Sequence record: MG655269.1
DNA length: 64,000 nucleotides
Reading direction: 5' to 3' (one strand)
A model generated the notes under the pieces. That model was not told where the DNA came from, did not search any database, and worked only from the letters and a program-made list of their open reading frames with translations. Every line of letters starts with the position of its first letter. Position 1 is the first letter of the stretch. This document shows positions 1 through 9,100 of the stretch, piece by piece. The position numbers and the translations under genes were made by a program.

Positions 1-14
1 GAGGAATAAAGAAC

Positions 15-764
15 ATGACGACGACTTTCCCGAAAGAGATGAATGCCGCTTTCCATCCTGATAACGAGCAAACCACTCAGCTGTGCAAAACGATCCAGCA
101 GATCAGCGGGGTAGAAATCAAACGTGTACATGTGGTGATGGCGATCCACCATTACAAACAAAACGATGCGGCACATCAGCCTGACCACATGCTGGCGGTC
201 TTAGCAGAAGCAGCCCACATCATCCAGTCGTTTCCTGACCTGGAGAAATGGCGCACCCAGATCATGTTAGGGTGTCTGTTCCATGACACCCACTGTCACA
301 TCGATCGGGATATGCACCACCTGCTAGGTGCCGAACATGCCCAAGAGGCATTACTGGAGTATGCGTGTGGTTATGGGATGTCACGTGCGGATGTCTACCT
401 GATCAGTCAGGCCGTACTGGAGCATCGGGCTTCCTGGAAGTACCCGCGTATTAACCCTGTATCCAACGCTGTGGCGTCTGCAGATCGTGGCTACCCTGAT
501 CTAAAGAAATACATCCGTCGTGCTGTACAGTACCGTTACAAGCGCATGGCAGTCATCAACATGAACACCATCATCGATGAGTCGATCGAACACATGGTAG
601 AGAAGTTCGGTGATGGCGGTTATGCCTGGGAAAGCTACCCGACGTATGCAGCGGTGATGCACGGTGATGCGATCCAACAAGTGAAGCAACAACTGCGCAG
701 TAAAGAAGGAAAGGCGCAGCTCAAAGAGTACGCTGAACTCCACTTTGATGAGTGGGTAGAATAA
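15..764 (+). CDS. HD-domain metal-dependent phosphohydrolase
   Basis: H..H (DHM), LFHD, EHR and SADR motifs in HD-superfamily spacing; RBS GAGGA upstream. Confidence 0.8.
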   Translation: MTTTFPKEMNAAFHPDNEQTTQLCKTIQQISGVEIKRVHVVMAIHHYKQNDAAHQPDHMLAVLAEAAHIIQSFPDLEKWRTQIMLGCLFHDTHCHIDRDMHHLLGAEHAQEALLEYACGYGMSRADVYLISQAVLEHRASWKYPRINPVSNAVASADRGYPDLKKYIRRAVQYRYKRMAVINMNTIIDESIEHMVEKFGDGGYAWESYPTYAAVMHGDAIQQVKQQLRSKEGKAQLKEYAELHFDEWVE

Positions 765-772
765 GCTACGTG

Positions 773-801
773 GCCGGAGGTAATCCTCCGGCTGTTATGC
801 C
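773..801 (+). terminator. hairpin + TTATGCC terminator
   Basis: GCCGGAGG-TAAT-CCTCCGGC stem followed by TGTTATGCC just after the stop codon. Confidence 0.75.
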
Positions 802-924
802 TGTTCTTTCTTCTTTGTAATTCTCAACACATTCGGTCTTTGTTATACAAAGGCTATAATCTTTGTCCCGAGCTAAGGGTAACGTGAACAGTTATGCTGG
901 CTTACTTTTTAAAGGTATCTTTTC

Positions 925-1455
925 ATGGATGGTTTATTTAATCTCTCCTCATGGCAATCGCTTTTACTTGTGGTAGTTGTACTCCTGCTGTGGGCGTATT
1001 ACCAACGACTTCAACACCTGCGTCGTAAGTATCATCGCCGTAATGAACGCATGATGGCGCAGAGCGTGGTCATGACATCCCGGCTGTTACTGAGTACCTT
1101 CTCGGAGATTGTGGAACGCGCTAAAGAGGAGGACATCTACCAGCGTGATCCTAACTCCCCGATTGCGGCAGACCGGGCCAGTGCGATGGCCTGCTCCTCC
1201 ATCTTCAGTGGGTTGTATAACCTGGTTGTGGTGCCCGTCACCACCCTTGATCCGGTGTTCAACGATTTATTGATTACCGGTACTGAGCGGGAAGATGTTG
1301 AGGAAGGGGTCTTTGTGTCGTTTTATTTGGGTGAACAGCGTAATGATGTGGTTAGGCATTTTATACCCGACCGGTCGTTACAGGCCTTTATCACCCAAAC
1401 GCGTGCCTTCAGTGCTTACCTGCGACAGGCTGCGAATACAAAACCACCACAATGA
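925..1455 (+). CDS. N-terminally membrane-anchored hypothetical protein (paralog family)
   Basis: Hydrophobic LLLVVVVLLLWAYY followed by a basic stretch. Confidence 0.75.
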   Translation: MDGLFNLSSWQSLLLVVVVLLLWAYYQRLQHLRRKYHRRNERMMAQSVVMTSRLLLSTFSEIVERAKEEDIYQRDPNSPIAADRASAMACSSIFSGLYNLVVVPVTTLDPVFNDLLITGTEREDVEEGVFVSFYLGEQRNDVVRHFIPDRSLQAFITQTRAFSAYLRQAANTKPPQ

Positions 1456-1463
1456 GGTGACAC

Positions 1464-1994
1464 ATGACCAATTATGGTTTTCTGCTGAACACAGTACTTC
1501 TGGCTTTTCTTATTTGGTTTGGTTACCGACTGCACACGTTGGTAAACAACAGCGAGAAAGCCACCCTCGCCGCTGATCATAACGCCAAGCTGCGCTTCCT
1601 GACCTATGCAGCCCGGCAGATAATGAGTGACTTGTATACGTCGCTCAATCTTCCGACGCTCACCGGGTGTGCGAAGATGTATCTACGCGATGACGGCAAG
1701 CTTGATAATATTGAAGTCATTATGCGACTCTTCATGAAAACCCATAATGAGATTATTACCAAGCTCTCCGAGGGATTGGTGTCGGATCATTTGAAGATCA
1801 CCGATGTTAAAGTTACCCATGATCTGGTGACCAACGAAGTGCTCATCACACTCTTGTATCCGAATAAAGTCACTGACATCCTGGTCTTCCATCATAACCA
1901 CCTGGCGCAGGCGATCTACCAACTGGATCGATTGCAGCATCGGCTCTCAACGTTCCACAAAGCGGTGCCGAACCGCGACCTGTACCAACTCTAA
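1464..1994 (+). CDS. N-terminally membrane-anchored hypothetical protein (paralog family)
   Basis: RBS GAGGTG; N-terminal TM segment FLLNTVLLAFLIWFGY. Confidence 0.75.
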   Translation: MTNYGFLLNTVLLAFLIWFGYRLHTLVNNSEKATLAADHNAKLRFLTYAARQIMSDLYTSLNLPTLTGCAKMYLRDDGKLDNIEVIMRLFMKTHNEIITKLSEGLVSDHLKITDVKVTHDLVTNEVLITLLYPNKVTDILVFHHNHLAQAIYQLDRLQHRLSTFHKAVPNRDLYQL

Positions 1995-1998
1995 ACCA

Positions 1999-2026
1999 AG
2001 GGAGGGCTTCGGCTCTCCCTTATGCC
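1999..2026 (+). terminator. hairpin + TTATGCC terminator
   Basis: AGGGAGGGC-TTCG-GCTCTCCCT stem then TATGCC. Confidence 0.8.
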
Positions 2027-2114
2027 ATCCGTTCTTCTTTTTTGGTTATTACTATGAATTGCAAGATTCACCACGTAGTTCGTTTCACTTATTAACCCCT
2101 AAAGAGGAATAGTC

Positions 2115-4037
2115 ATGACAGATAGCACTACAGCGCAGAGCCAGACCGTGACGTTAGACCAAGTCATCGCGTCAGGCGGCCAGATTGTCTTCCTGGACAA
2201 TGGGCAACTGAAAAGCTTTCCTGTCTCTCAGATCACTGACTTACTGAAAAGCGGCATGTCTACTGACGTGTTGGGTCAGGCTGATTCTCTGAGTATGTTT
2301 GGTCAGGTGGAGTCGTTCGAGGCTCTACGTAAGCTTAAGCCACAGAAAGAAGGTGCACGCATCTCTCTTCGTGGTTGGAACAAAGGCAGTTGTCTGGGTG
2401 GTGGTGAGTTCATTGGTCATCTCGTCACCAAAGAGCTTAAAGCCCGCCCAGATGATGGCGGTATGATTGCAGCCGGTAGCGGGTTCTTCTGGGAGCGTGT
2501 GTGCTCGGATTGTGGGCAAATGAATGTCACTCACTTCGGTGCGCTTCCTGGCGCAACTGCAGCGACTGATTGCGTGCCAGCAATGACCGCCATGCTGAAC
2601 TGGAGTAATGCCAACGCTGTTGGTTTAGGAATTCAATTCCCAGCCGGTACTTTCTTCGCTTCCAGTTTAAAGTTCACCAAAGAGATCGGGTATTTCCGTA
2701 TCGCCGGTAACCACATCAACTTTGGTTATTTTGCTAACACGGTATTGGTGAGTGACGCTACTGAAAACTTTATGTTGGATGTTGCGGCCCGTCGGGTTGA
2801 GTTGGCAAACATCATCTTCCGCGGTGTGAGTACTACTGAGAAGCCGAATAAGAAAGGGATCTTTAATAACATCGTCATTGGTGGTCAGTACTTCAACATG
2901 ACCTGTGTGCGGTTTGAGAAAATCGGCGGGACCTGTGTTAATCTGATCGATACTCTCGATACCAAGATGACACAATGGTACGCGTCACAATGTACTGGTG
3001 ATGTGATCGTTAACAAATGGTCCGATCGTCAGGCAGGTGGCTGGAACCATACCACTGCTGTTGAAATGACCAACTTTAACATCCAGAAGTGTGTTGGTGG
3101 TAAAGTGTTTGACATGCAGCGCTGCGCTCAGTCGTTTATCACTAATGGCTGGATCGAGCACTGTGATGATCCAGGCGACCTGTCTAATGGTCAATGGACG
3201 GTAAATGGCCTGAGTATCGAAGATTGTAAGAAACCATTAAAGGCCTCTTACGCTCGCTTTATTGAGATCCAGCGTAACCTGCAGTCCGGGTCACGGATCG
3301 ACTACTCCATTGACCCAGAGCTCGAAGAGTGGCTGAGTGAATGGGAACGCGGTCGTCTGGATATCGCCAACCACGGCATCTTCATCGACGGTACCTTAGA
3401 GCCGGGTACGATCATGTCTCGCAACAAGCTGAGCAACAGCAGCGACAAAGCGAAATGGTTCCGGGTCGGTACCTGGTACAGCCCATCTGAAGGCGATTCC
3501 ATTGACATCAACTTGGTCGGCACCGGTAACTTCCTGTCGGTCGCACCAAAGCTTGATGATATCGATGGTGTGCGTCAAGGTGGCGGTAACACCCTGATCC
3601 GTGTGCAGTTGAAGAAAGACTCCGTAGGTGCGACCTTAGAACCACATGGTTCAAGCCCCCTGCAAGCGGCGAAGATTGCCAAAGTCGGTGCCGGTAAGTT
3701 TGTGATCTACGCCCAGCTGAAACCGTATACCCGTAATGTGATCCCGGTGATTGTTGCAACCGGCGCCACGCACTACGAAGCCGGTGTCTCTTATTACTTC
3801 CGTCCGGCGATTGCCTCGATGAGTGATGAAGAGATCGCAGCAGTGCCGGATGCGGTGGTGATTGCTGAACAGTGGTCGCTCGGTCAAATGGCCGGTGTGG
3901 GCGCCACTAACGAAGGTAACCTGATGCTGAAGAGTAAGATCGTTAACGATCACTTGCAGGTACAGGTCATGGTTAGCCAAGCACAATGGGCGAAACCAGA
4001 ACTTCGTTATATCGAGCTGAAGAAAGAAGCCAAGTAA
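2115..4037 (+). CDS. AmsF/WceF-like right-handed beta-helix protein (tailspike/EPS depolymerase-like)
   Basis: LRGW..GS.LGGGEF, DDGG, NVTHFGA, QFPAG motifs of pectate-lyase-like tailspike folds; recalled similarity to amylovoran AmsF-like genes of Erwinia jumbo phages (not searched). Confidence 0.65.
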   Translation: MTDSTTAQSQTVTLDQVIASGGQIVFLDNGQLKSFPVSQITDLLKSGMSTDVLGQADSLSMFGQVESFEALRKLKPQKEGARISLRGWNKGSCLGGGEFIGHLVTKELKARPDDGGMIAAGSGFFWERVCSDCGQMNVTHFGALPGATAATDCVPAMTAMLNWSNANAVGLGIQFPAGTFFASSLKFTKEIGYFRIAGNHINFGYFANTVLVSDATENFMLDVAARRVELANIIFRGVSTTEKPNKKGIFNNIVIGGQYFNMTCVRFEKIGGTCVNLIDTLDTKMTQWYASQCTGDVIVNKWSDRQAGGWNHTTAVEMTNFNIQKCVGGKVFDMQRCAQSFITNGWIEHCDDPGDLSNGQWTVNGLSIEDCKKPLKASYARFIEIQRNLQSGSRIDYSIDPELEEWLSEWERGRLDIANHGIFIDGTLEPGTIMSRNKLSNSSDKAKWFRVGTWYSPSEGDSIDINLVGTGNFLSVAPKLDDIDGVRQGGGNTLIRVQLKKDSVGATLEPHGSSPLQAAKIAKVGAGKFVIYAQLKPYTRNVIPVIVATGATHYEAGVSYYFRPAIASMSDEEIAAVPDAVVIAEQWSLGQMAGVGATNEGNLMLKSKIVNDHLQVQVMVSQAQWAKPELRYIELKKEAK

Positions 4038-4061
4038 GGCAAGCGCGTTATACCGCTAACT

Positions 4062-4092
4062 GGAGGAGGGGAATCCCCTCCTCTTTATGCCG
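4062..4092 (+). terminator. hairpin + TTATGCCG terminator
   Basis: GGAGGAGGGG-AAT-CCCCTCCTCT stem then TTATGCCG. Confidence 0.8.
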
Positions 4093-4108
4093 CCCTAGAT
4101 TTTACCAG

Positions 4109-4128
4109 ACCTATATTACCCTTGTGAT
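4109..4128 (+). promoter_or_regulatory. putative phage early (vRNAP) promoter
   Basis: ACCTATATTAC-CCTT-GTGAT; contains the phiKZ early consensus TATATTAC. Confidence 0.75.
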
Positions 4129-4210
4129 CTCTGTAGAAATAAACGGAATCACCCAGTCTTATAACCCGCTGACCAAACCGAGTGTCGGCTAAACAAAAAG
4201 AGGAAATACC

Positions 4211-4912
4211 ATGACTACCCGTAAGATTGCTCGCTTAGACAAACTCGCTAAATTTGTAAACGACAATTTTGATCGTGATTACAACCTGCCATTTGCGATC
4301 GAGATCGAACAGCATGAAGATAAGTGGCACGGTGTTCGATACAGCCTCAACCTGACTCAGCCAGAGTGTGACGGTAGTCCTGTAAAAACGTTATTCCGTT
4401 CGAAGATGTTACCGGCTGAATTCGTTGGTGATCGGTTTACACGGCTAGAAGGCAGTGTGGCCGGAATGGCATCTGGGATTGAACTCCTGGGACAAGTTGC
4501 CTGGTACTGGATGTTATCAGAGGCAAACGACACTGATCGCGAATTGGGTGTGCAGGTAGCGTTGATGGCCTGGGATGCCTGGACACTGGCAACCGCCATA
4601 TTTGATGGCTCTAAGGCCCGTGATCTCTTCGAGCGTGACGATTTCCTTTGCCCTGGCGTAACACTGAATCAGCACGTCCTGTGCGAAAAGTTTGTCAGAA
4701 TGGATCGTGAAGTATGGCTAAAGCGTCGCACTAAACTGCTCGATGATGTTGTGGTTATTGAAAGTCGCTGGACCTTCGTAAAACAATATATCGGGGCAGG
4801 TGGCCTGGGTCATGAAGAGAAACACACTGTCGCCGAGGTTACCAAACGCAGGCAAGCACCGGCGCCTTTTGAAATTATCTTTAAGGCCAAATCGTCTCCT
4901 TTTAATCCATGA
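4211..4912 (+). CDS. hypothetical early protein
   Basis: 233-aa ORF, RBS GAGGA, first gene after promoter motif. Confidence 0.75.
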   Translation: MTTRKIARLDKLAKFVNDNFDRDYNLPFAIEIEQHEDKWHGVRYSLNLTQPECDGSPVKTLFRSKMLPAEFVGDRFTRLEGSVAGMASGIELLGQVAWYWMLSEANDTDRELGVQVALMAWDAWTLATAIFDGSKARDLFERDDFLCPGVTLNQHVLCEKFVRMDREVWLKRRTKLLDDVVVIESRWTFVKQYIGAGGLGHEEKHTVAEVTKRRQAPAPFEIIFKAKSSPFNP

Positions 4913-4973
4913 GAATGAGGAGGGGGTTTCGACCTCCTCCATTATTGCTATTTTAAGTTGCAGAAAATCTAAC

Positions 4974-4993
4974 GCCTACATTACTAATGGGAT
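4974..4993 (+). promoter_or_regulatory. putative phage early promoter
   Basis: GCCTACATTAC-TAAT-GGGAT. Confidence 0.65.
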
Positions 4994-5029
4994 AGGCCTG
5001 ATCAACAATTCTAATTAAGGGAATTTGTA

Positions 5030-5500
5030 ATGAGTGAAATCACGTTTAAAGACGCGCGGTATTACGACCTGATTACCAAAGAACAATTGCAGCCTGGACA
5101 CACCATTCTGTTGAGCCTCAAAGGGCAACCAGCGGGCGTCATGACCCCAGCAGTACAGTGGACTAAAGACAACCTGGAAAACGCGGTCGTGGTGTACGGT
5201 ACGGTTGACGATCTGCAATCAATCCGTAAAGAGATCAGCAGTTGCGATCAACCGGTAGCTGTGGTCCTTACCGGCGGCTACCATGCAACGTATGAACTTA
5301 CTCACTGGGCACGGGAAAACAACGTAGTGGTGTTCCTGGCTTCAGATACCAATGCACCGCGTCCACGTTATGCGATACTGCTCGGTACCTGTCTGATCCA
5401 GCTGACTTATGATCATACTGGTCGAGTGAGTTCTGCTACCGCCATTCGTAATCAAGCAACCGCATCAGGCTGGGTGATTGACTTCACCACTGACGCATAA
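5030..5500 (+). CDS. hypothetical protein
   Basis: 156-aa ORF with RBS AAGGGA. Confidence 0.7.
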   Translation: MSEITFKDARYYDLITKEQLQPGHTILLSLKGQPAGVMTPAVQWTKDNLENAVVVYGTVDDLQSIRKEISSCDQPVAVVLTGGYHATYELTHWARENNVVVFLASDTNAPRPRYAILLGTCLIQLTYDHTGRVSSATAIRNQATASGWVIDFTTDA

Positions 5501-5539
5501 CTCCTTATTCATCCAATTAATTTAACCTGAGGTAATATC

Positions 5540-6145
5540 ATGCAACTTCATCAATACGTCGCCCTCTTACTCGGTGTGGGTTTAATCACGATCATTCTCG
5601 TTATGCTGGTCGGTTGGCTCGTGCTTGAAAACCAACGCAAATACGCCGCATTCCAACGGGTGCGTTACGAAAACATGCTGCGCTATCGCCTGACCGATTT
5701 CAGCAACCAGGTGACGGCAGATCTCTCGGCCATGTTCCTGCGCTATTTACTCTCCCCGCGGGTTGGTGGTACTGAGCGGGTGAGTGTAGAGGCAATAGCC
5801 GGTACCGTCCAGGGTATGCTGCAAGCGATCGCTGCTCACCACAACCATGAGTTTAAAAGCTCAGAGGTCGGTGATACGTTACTGGGTCTGTTGATTAAAG
5901 AGGTCTCTTATGAAACACAGAGCGACCGCATCATCTTTACCTTGACACGTCCAGGTGCCACGAACCTCACTTATACTCTGACACACCCCGAAGCGTACGG
6001 TTCGATGCTCTGCTGTGAGCTGGAAGACTATCGCATGCGTCTGCGTGACCGCGCAACCCTGCAGATCAAGCGTGAGCTCGATCAGGCACCGCAAACGTAT
6101 AAAGCCGCCTTCCCTAACTCGGAGCGGATTAATACCACTGCGTAA
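5540..6145 (+). CDS. N-terminally membrane-anchored hypothetical protein (paralog family)
   Basis: RBS GAGGT; TM segment VALLLGVGLITIILVMLVGWLVL. Confidence 0.75.
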   Translation: MQLHQYVALLLGVGLITIILVMLVGWLVLENQRKYAAFQRVRYENMLRYRLTDFSNQVTADLSAMFLRYLLSPRVGGTERVSVEAIAGTVQGMLQAIAAHHNHEFKSSEVGDTLLGLLIKEVSYETQSDRIIFTLTRPGATNLTYTLTHPEAYGSMLCCELEDYRMRLRDRATLQIKRELDQAPQTYKAAFPNSERINTTA

Positions 6146-6244
6146 TAAATGGGAGGCTTTGCCTCCCTTTATTTTTTGTCATTGTAGTAAATGTGTACAA
6201 CTTAACTAAATCATTTAGTAAACGTAAAAAGGAAAGTCAACATC

Positions 6245-6541
6245 ATGTCAAACGAAGCCATTCTGAAAGCCCTGGAAACCATTGCCACTACATACCCAAA
6301 AGTTGAGGTGGTGTCGATTGGTGGGATTATCGCCTGCTTCGGCACGATGAAAGATGGAAAGGTAGAAACCACGGTGTTTGGCAATCTGCCCGAGTTCACT
6401 GTCGCCAATGTGAAGAAGCTTTACAACGCGAAGTGGTCACAACGTCAATTGGGTTATATGTACGGTACATCACAGGCCCAGATCGCTAACTTCATGAAGA
6501 ACCGTGAGGTTAACGTTCCCAATACGGTAAAAGGTTATTAG
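6245..6541 (+). CDS. small protein with C-terminal helix-turn-helix
   Basis: WSQRQLGYMYGTSQAQIANFM fits an HTH pattern. Confidence 0.6.
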   Translation: MSNEAILKALETIATTYPKVEVVSIGGIIACFGTMKDGKVETTVFGNLPEFTVANVKKLYNAKWSQRQLGYMYGTSQAQIANFMKNREVNVPNTVKGY

Positions 6542-6542
6542 C

Positions 6543-6833
6543 ATGAAATGGTACGAACGACTGGTCGAGAGCACGGTGCTGCGGTTTATGGCAACCTTCC
6601 TCTTAGCCTGCTTGTGGTCCCTGCTCCTTTTAAGCCAATGCTCGTTAGCGCTCGATCTCACCTTAAGCGTGATCTCTCTGGTGATCGTGTATAACCTGCG
6701 GGATTTCTTAAAGGACTTGCACCACGGTGTTTCAACCCGTCATGACTTTGCAGGGTGGTTTGTGCTGAACGCTGCTGGTATGGCACTGCTTTCGGCAATC
6801 ATTAACGCCCTGTTCATCTTACATAGACTCTAG
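6543..6833 (+). CDS. small multi-pass membrane protein
   Basis: Three hydrophobic segments in 96 aa. Confidence 0.65.
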   Translation: MKWYERLVESTVLRFMATFLLACLWSLLLLSQCSLALDLTLSVISLVIVYNLRDFLKDLHHGVSTRHDFAGWFVLNAAGMALLSAIINALFILHRL

Positions 6834-6841
6834 GAGCTCTC

Positions 6842-7423
6842 ATGTCAAAGAAACTCGATACCCGTAAAAGTATGTTTCTGGCCTTGGTGTTACGTCACCG
6901 TCCTGAAGAGATCGGAATTACCCTGGATGAGAACGGCTGGGTCAAAGTCAGCGAAGTGATCACTGGGTTCACCTTTACCGGGCGTGGGCTCTCATTACCT
7001 GAGCTTGAGATCATCGTTGAGACGGATGAGAAGAAGCGTTACCAGCTCTCTGACGACAAGTGCTATATCCGGGCCGTGCAGGGGCATTCTCACGAGAGCG
7101 TGATGAACATGCAGCTGGAAGTGGCGACACCGCCAAAGTACTTGTATCACGGCACCCAACAGATCTCCTGTGAATCGATCGAGCGACAAGGGATCTTGCG
7201 CCTTAAACGTTTATATGTCCACCTAACGGATGACATCGAAGCGGCTTGGCGCGCAGCAACTCGTAAACGAACAGCCGGTGCAGTCTACCGAATCGACACC
7301 GAGAAGATGATGCGGATGGGCCATGTGTTCTATCGCGCTGAGAATGGGGTCTGGCTGGCGAAGCGCATTCCTTTCTCAGTCATTGAGATGGTTGATGCAC
7401 ATGACAAAGAAACAAGTACCTGA
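6842..7423 (+). CDS. kptA: RNA 2'-phosphotransferase (KptA/Tpt1)
   Basis: LRH, LDENGW, KRY, IRAVQGHS, LYHGT, YVHLT, NGVWL motifs; Arg-His-Arg-Arg catalytic set present. Confidence 0.93.
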   Translation: MSKKLDTRKSMFLALVLRHRPEEIGITLDENGWVKVSEVITGFTFTGRGLSLPELEIIVETDEKKRYQLSDDKCYIRAVQGHSHESVMNMQLEVATPPKYLYHGTQQISCESIERQGILRLKRLYVHLTDDIEAAWRAATRKRTAGAVYRIDTEKMMRMGHVFYRAENGVWLAKRIPFSVIEMVDAHDKETST

Positions 7424-7685
7424 GTGGTGGCACGTCCCCATGTTACCCATTGGGTTCATGATGATTTGGGTAGGATATGTAATAGGTGGGCAGTTCCTCA
7501 GTTTCTGGGGGTGTATCTGTGTCACGTTGATTTGTGGTGGGGTTTCGTACCAGCACTGCATGCGCTCAACCAAGTATCGCAAAAATTCCGTAAGCTGGTT
7601 TATCTGTTGGAATGCTTACGGTATCATCGCGTGTTTGGGTATTGGGTTTATGGTAGCGGCAATTTATCTAGGCGGAGTCAAATAA
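7401..7685 (+). CDS. small membrane protein
   Basis: Three hydrophobic segments; start re-chosen at MTKKQ. Confidence 0.6.
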   Translation: MTKKQVPEWWHVPMLPIGFMMIWVGYVIGGQFLSFWGCICVTLICGGVSYQHCMRSTKYRKNSVSWFICWNAYGIIACLGIGFMVAAIYLGGVK

Positions 7686-7958
7686 GTGAAAAGTAAAACA
7701 GGCAGTAAGTTAACACGCACGTTGTTGTTTTGTTTTGGTGCTTACATCACGGGGATGTTTGCCTTGATGATGATCCTGTCATCACAAAGCACTGCAGACA
7801 TCACTGCAGGGAACTATGACAAAATGAGCGTGGATGACTCGCCTGAGTTTATTTTAACAGATCGCAGTAATGGATGTAGATACGTCTATGACTCGGTTAC
7901 CAAAACAGCCCACACTGCAACAGGCTTCGATTATTGTCTGTCGCTAAGGAAAGAATAA
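7686..7958 (+). CDS. hypothetical membrane-anchored protein
   Basis: GTG start, RBS GGAG, N-terminal TM segment. Confidence 0.6.
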   Translation: MKSKTGSKLTRTLLFCFGAYITGMFALMMILSSQSTADITAGNYDKMSVDDSPEFILTDRSNGCRYVYDSVTKTAHTATGFDYCLSLRKE

Positions 7959-8030
7959 TGGTTCGTGCGTATCGACACTCTGAGCTGCTACGATGGCCGC
8001 ATCCCGCGGCCTGCACTCGGAGTTCGTTCT

Positions 8031-8258
8031 ATGTCTATTGCAGTCAACCGTCACCACGCTAAACGTTTAAAGGCCAAACGTAAACATTACTGGAACGTCG
8101 GCGGGAAACGCCAGAACAACAAGGCGGTGGGAATTATCTTCCATACCCCGTGTAAATGCAGCTGCACCATGTGCGGTAACCAACGCAAGCATTGGGGACG
8201 TCCGATCCAGGAAGTGAAACAAGCGGCCCGTTTTAGTGATACGGTCACTGACATTTAA
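8031..8258 (+). CDS. small basic Cys-rich (putative Zn-binding) protein
   Basis: RBS GGAG at about 8019; TPCKCSCTMCGNQRK motif and Arg/Lys-rich N-terminus. Confidence 0.65.
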   Translation: MSIAVNRHHAKRLKAKRKHYWNVGGKRQNNKAVGIIFHTPCKCSCTMCGNQRKHWGRPIQEVKQAARFSDTVTDI

Positions 8259-8306
8259 CCATGCAAGGGGGGTTGTTGGCTCCCCTTCTTTATTTGAGGA
8301 ATCCGC

Positions 8307-8672
8307 ATGAAACGCGGCTACCCATCAGGCCAACCGATTGAAGTCGAAGTCGGTGGAGTCATGTACCAATTTAACCCCCTTGAAAACATGCTGGCTGATC
8401 TGCGTGCCAATAAGTTGATCATCGTGTGTTGTAGTAATAAGAAGCGCGCCATTACCGATATCTGGATGTGCGATGCCGAGATCGACTACTCGACGCAGTC
8501 ACGCATGGAACACATCTTGGTCAGTGATCGTTGCAAGCAGTTCACCAAAGACTACGCCTTAACGCGAGTAGTGGATGTTGATAGCCGGTCATTGACGATA
8601 GCCGGGCCAGATAAAAAGATGCTGTCGATGGTGATCATGGGGGATACCCTCTACGCCGTTAAGCCAAGTTAA
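8307..8672 (+). CDS. hypothetical protein
   Basis: 121-aa ORF with RBS GAGGA. Confidence 0.7.
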   Translation: MKRGYPSGQPIEVEVGGVMYQFNPLENMLADLRANKLIIVCCSNKKRAITDIWMCDAEIDYSTQSRMEHILVSDRCKQFTKDYALTRVVDVDSRSLTIAGPDKKMLSMVIMGDTLYAVKPS

Positions 8673-8695
8673 CAGAACAGCAGTTGGGAGCCTCT

Positions 8696-8797
8696 ATGAA
8701 CAATGTTTGGCTTTTAGTAATGGCCCTTATTTATACAGCAGGGCTTATTGCCGCATGCGTGGTCGCACGCATGGCAGTCTTTCATCATGTGATCTAA
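8696..8797 (+). CDS. 33-aa hydrophobic peptide (not in ORF track)
   Basis: RBS GGGAG; MNNVWLLVMALIYTAGLIAACVVARMAVFHHVI fills the intergenic gap. Confidence 0.55.
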   Translation: MNNVWLLVMALIYTAGLIAACVVARMAVFHHVI

Positions 8798-8806
8798 AGG
8801 GCAATT

Positions 8807-9085
8807 ATGAGTAAAGGTACTTTAAAAGGCCTTGGTGTGGTCCTGGCGTGTCTTGTGATCGGCGTGTTGCTGTTTGTTTTTGCAACCGCTGTTCAAGCTG
8901 CCGATACACCCGTTAATCCCCACTGCGTTGCCATTACTAACGACAGTACAATTACCACCCAGTGTGATGACGGTACCGTGGTCATTACCAACACCGCAAC
9001 CTCGACGGTGATGGTGTGTCATGTAAGTAAAGAAACAAAAGGTCTTCCGCAATGCGTGAAAGACCGGGTTGTCATTTCTAATTAA
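8807..9085 (+). CDS. putative secreted/periplasmic Cys-containing protein
   Basis: Signal-peptide-like N-terminus ending AVQA; four Cys in the mature part. Confidence 0.65.
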   Translation: MSKGTLKGLGVVLACLVIGVLLFVFATAVQAADTPVNPHCVAITNDSTITTQCDDGTVVITNTATSTVMVCHVSKETKGLPQCVKDRVVISN

Positions 9086-9100
9086 ATAAAGGAGCCAGAC

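Noticed and set aside
832-860. sigma70-like promoter (TTCGGT-17 nt-TATAAT)
   Set aside because: The -10 is perfect but the -35 is poor; a single AT-rich match is not enough.
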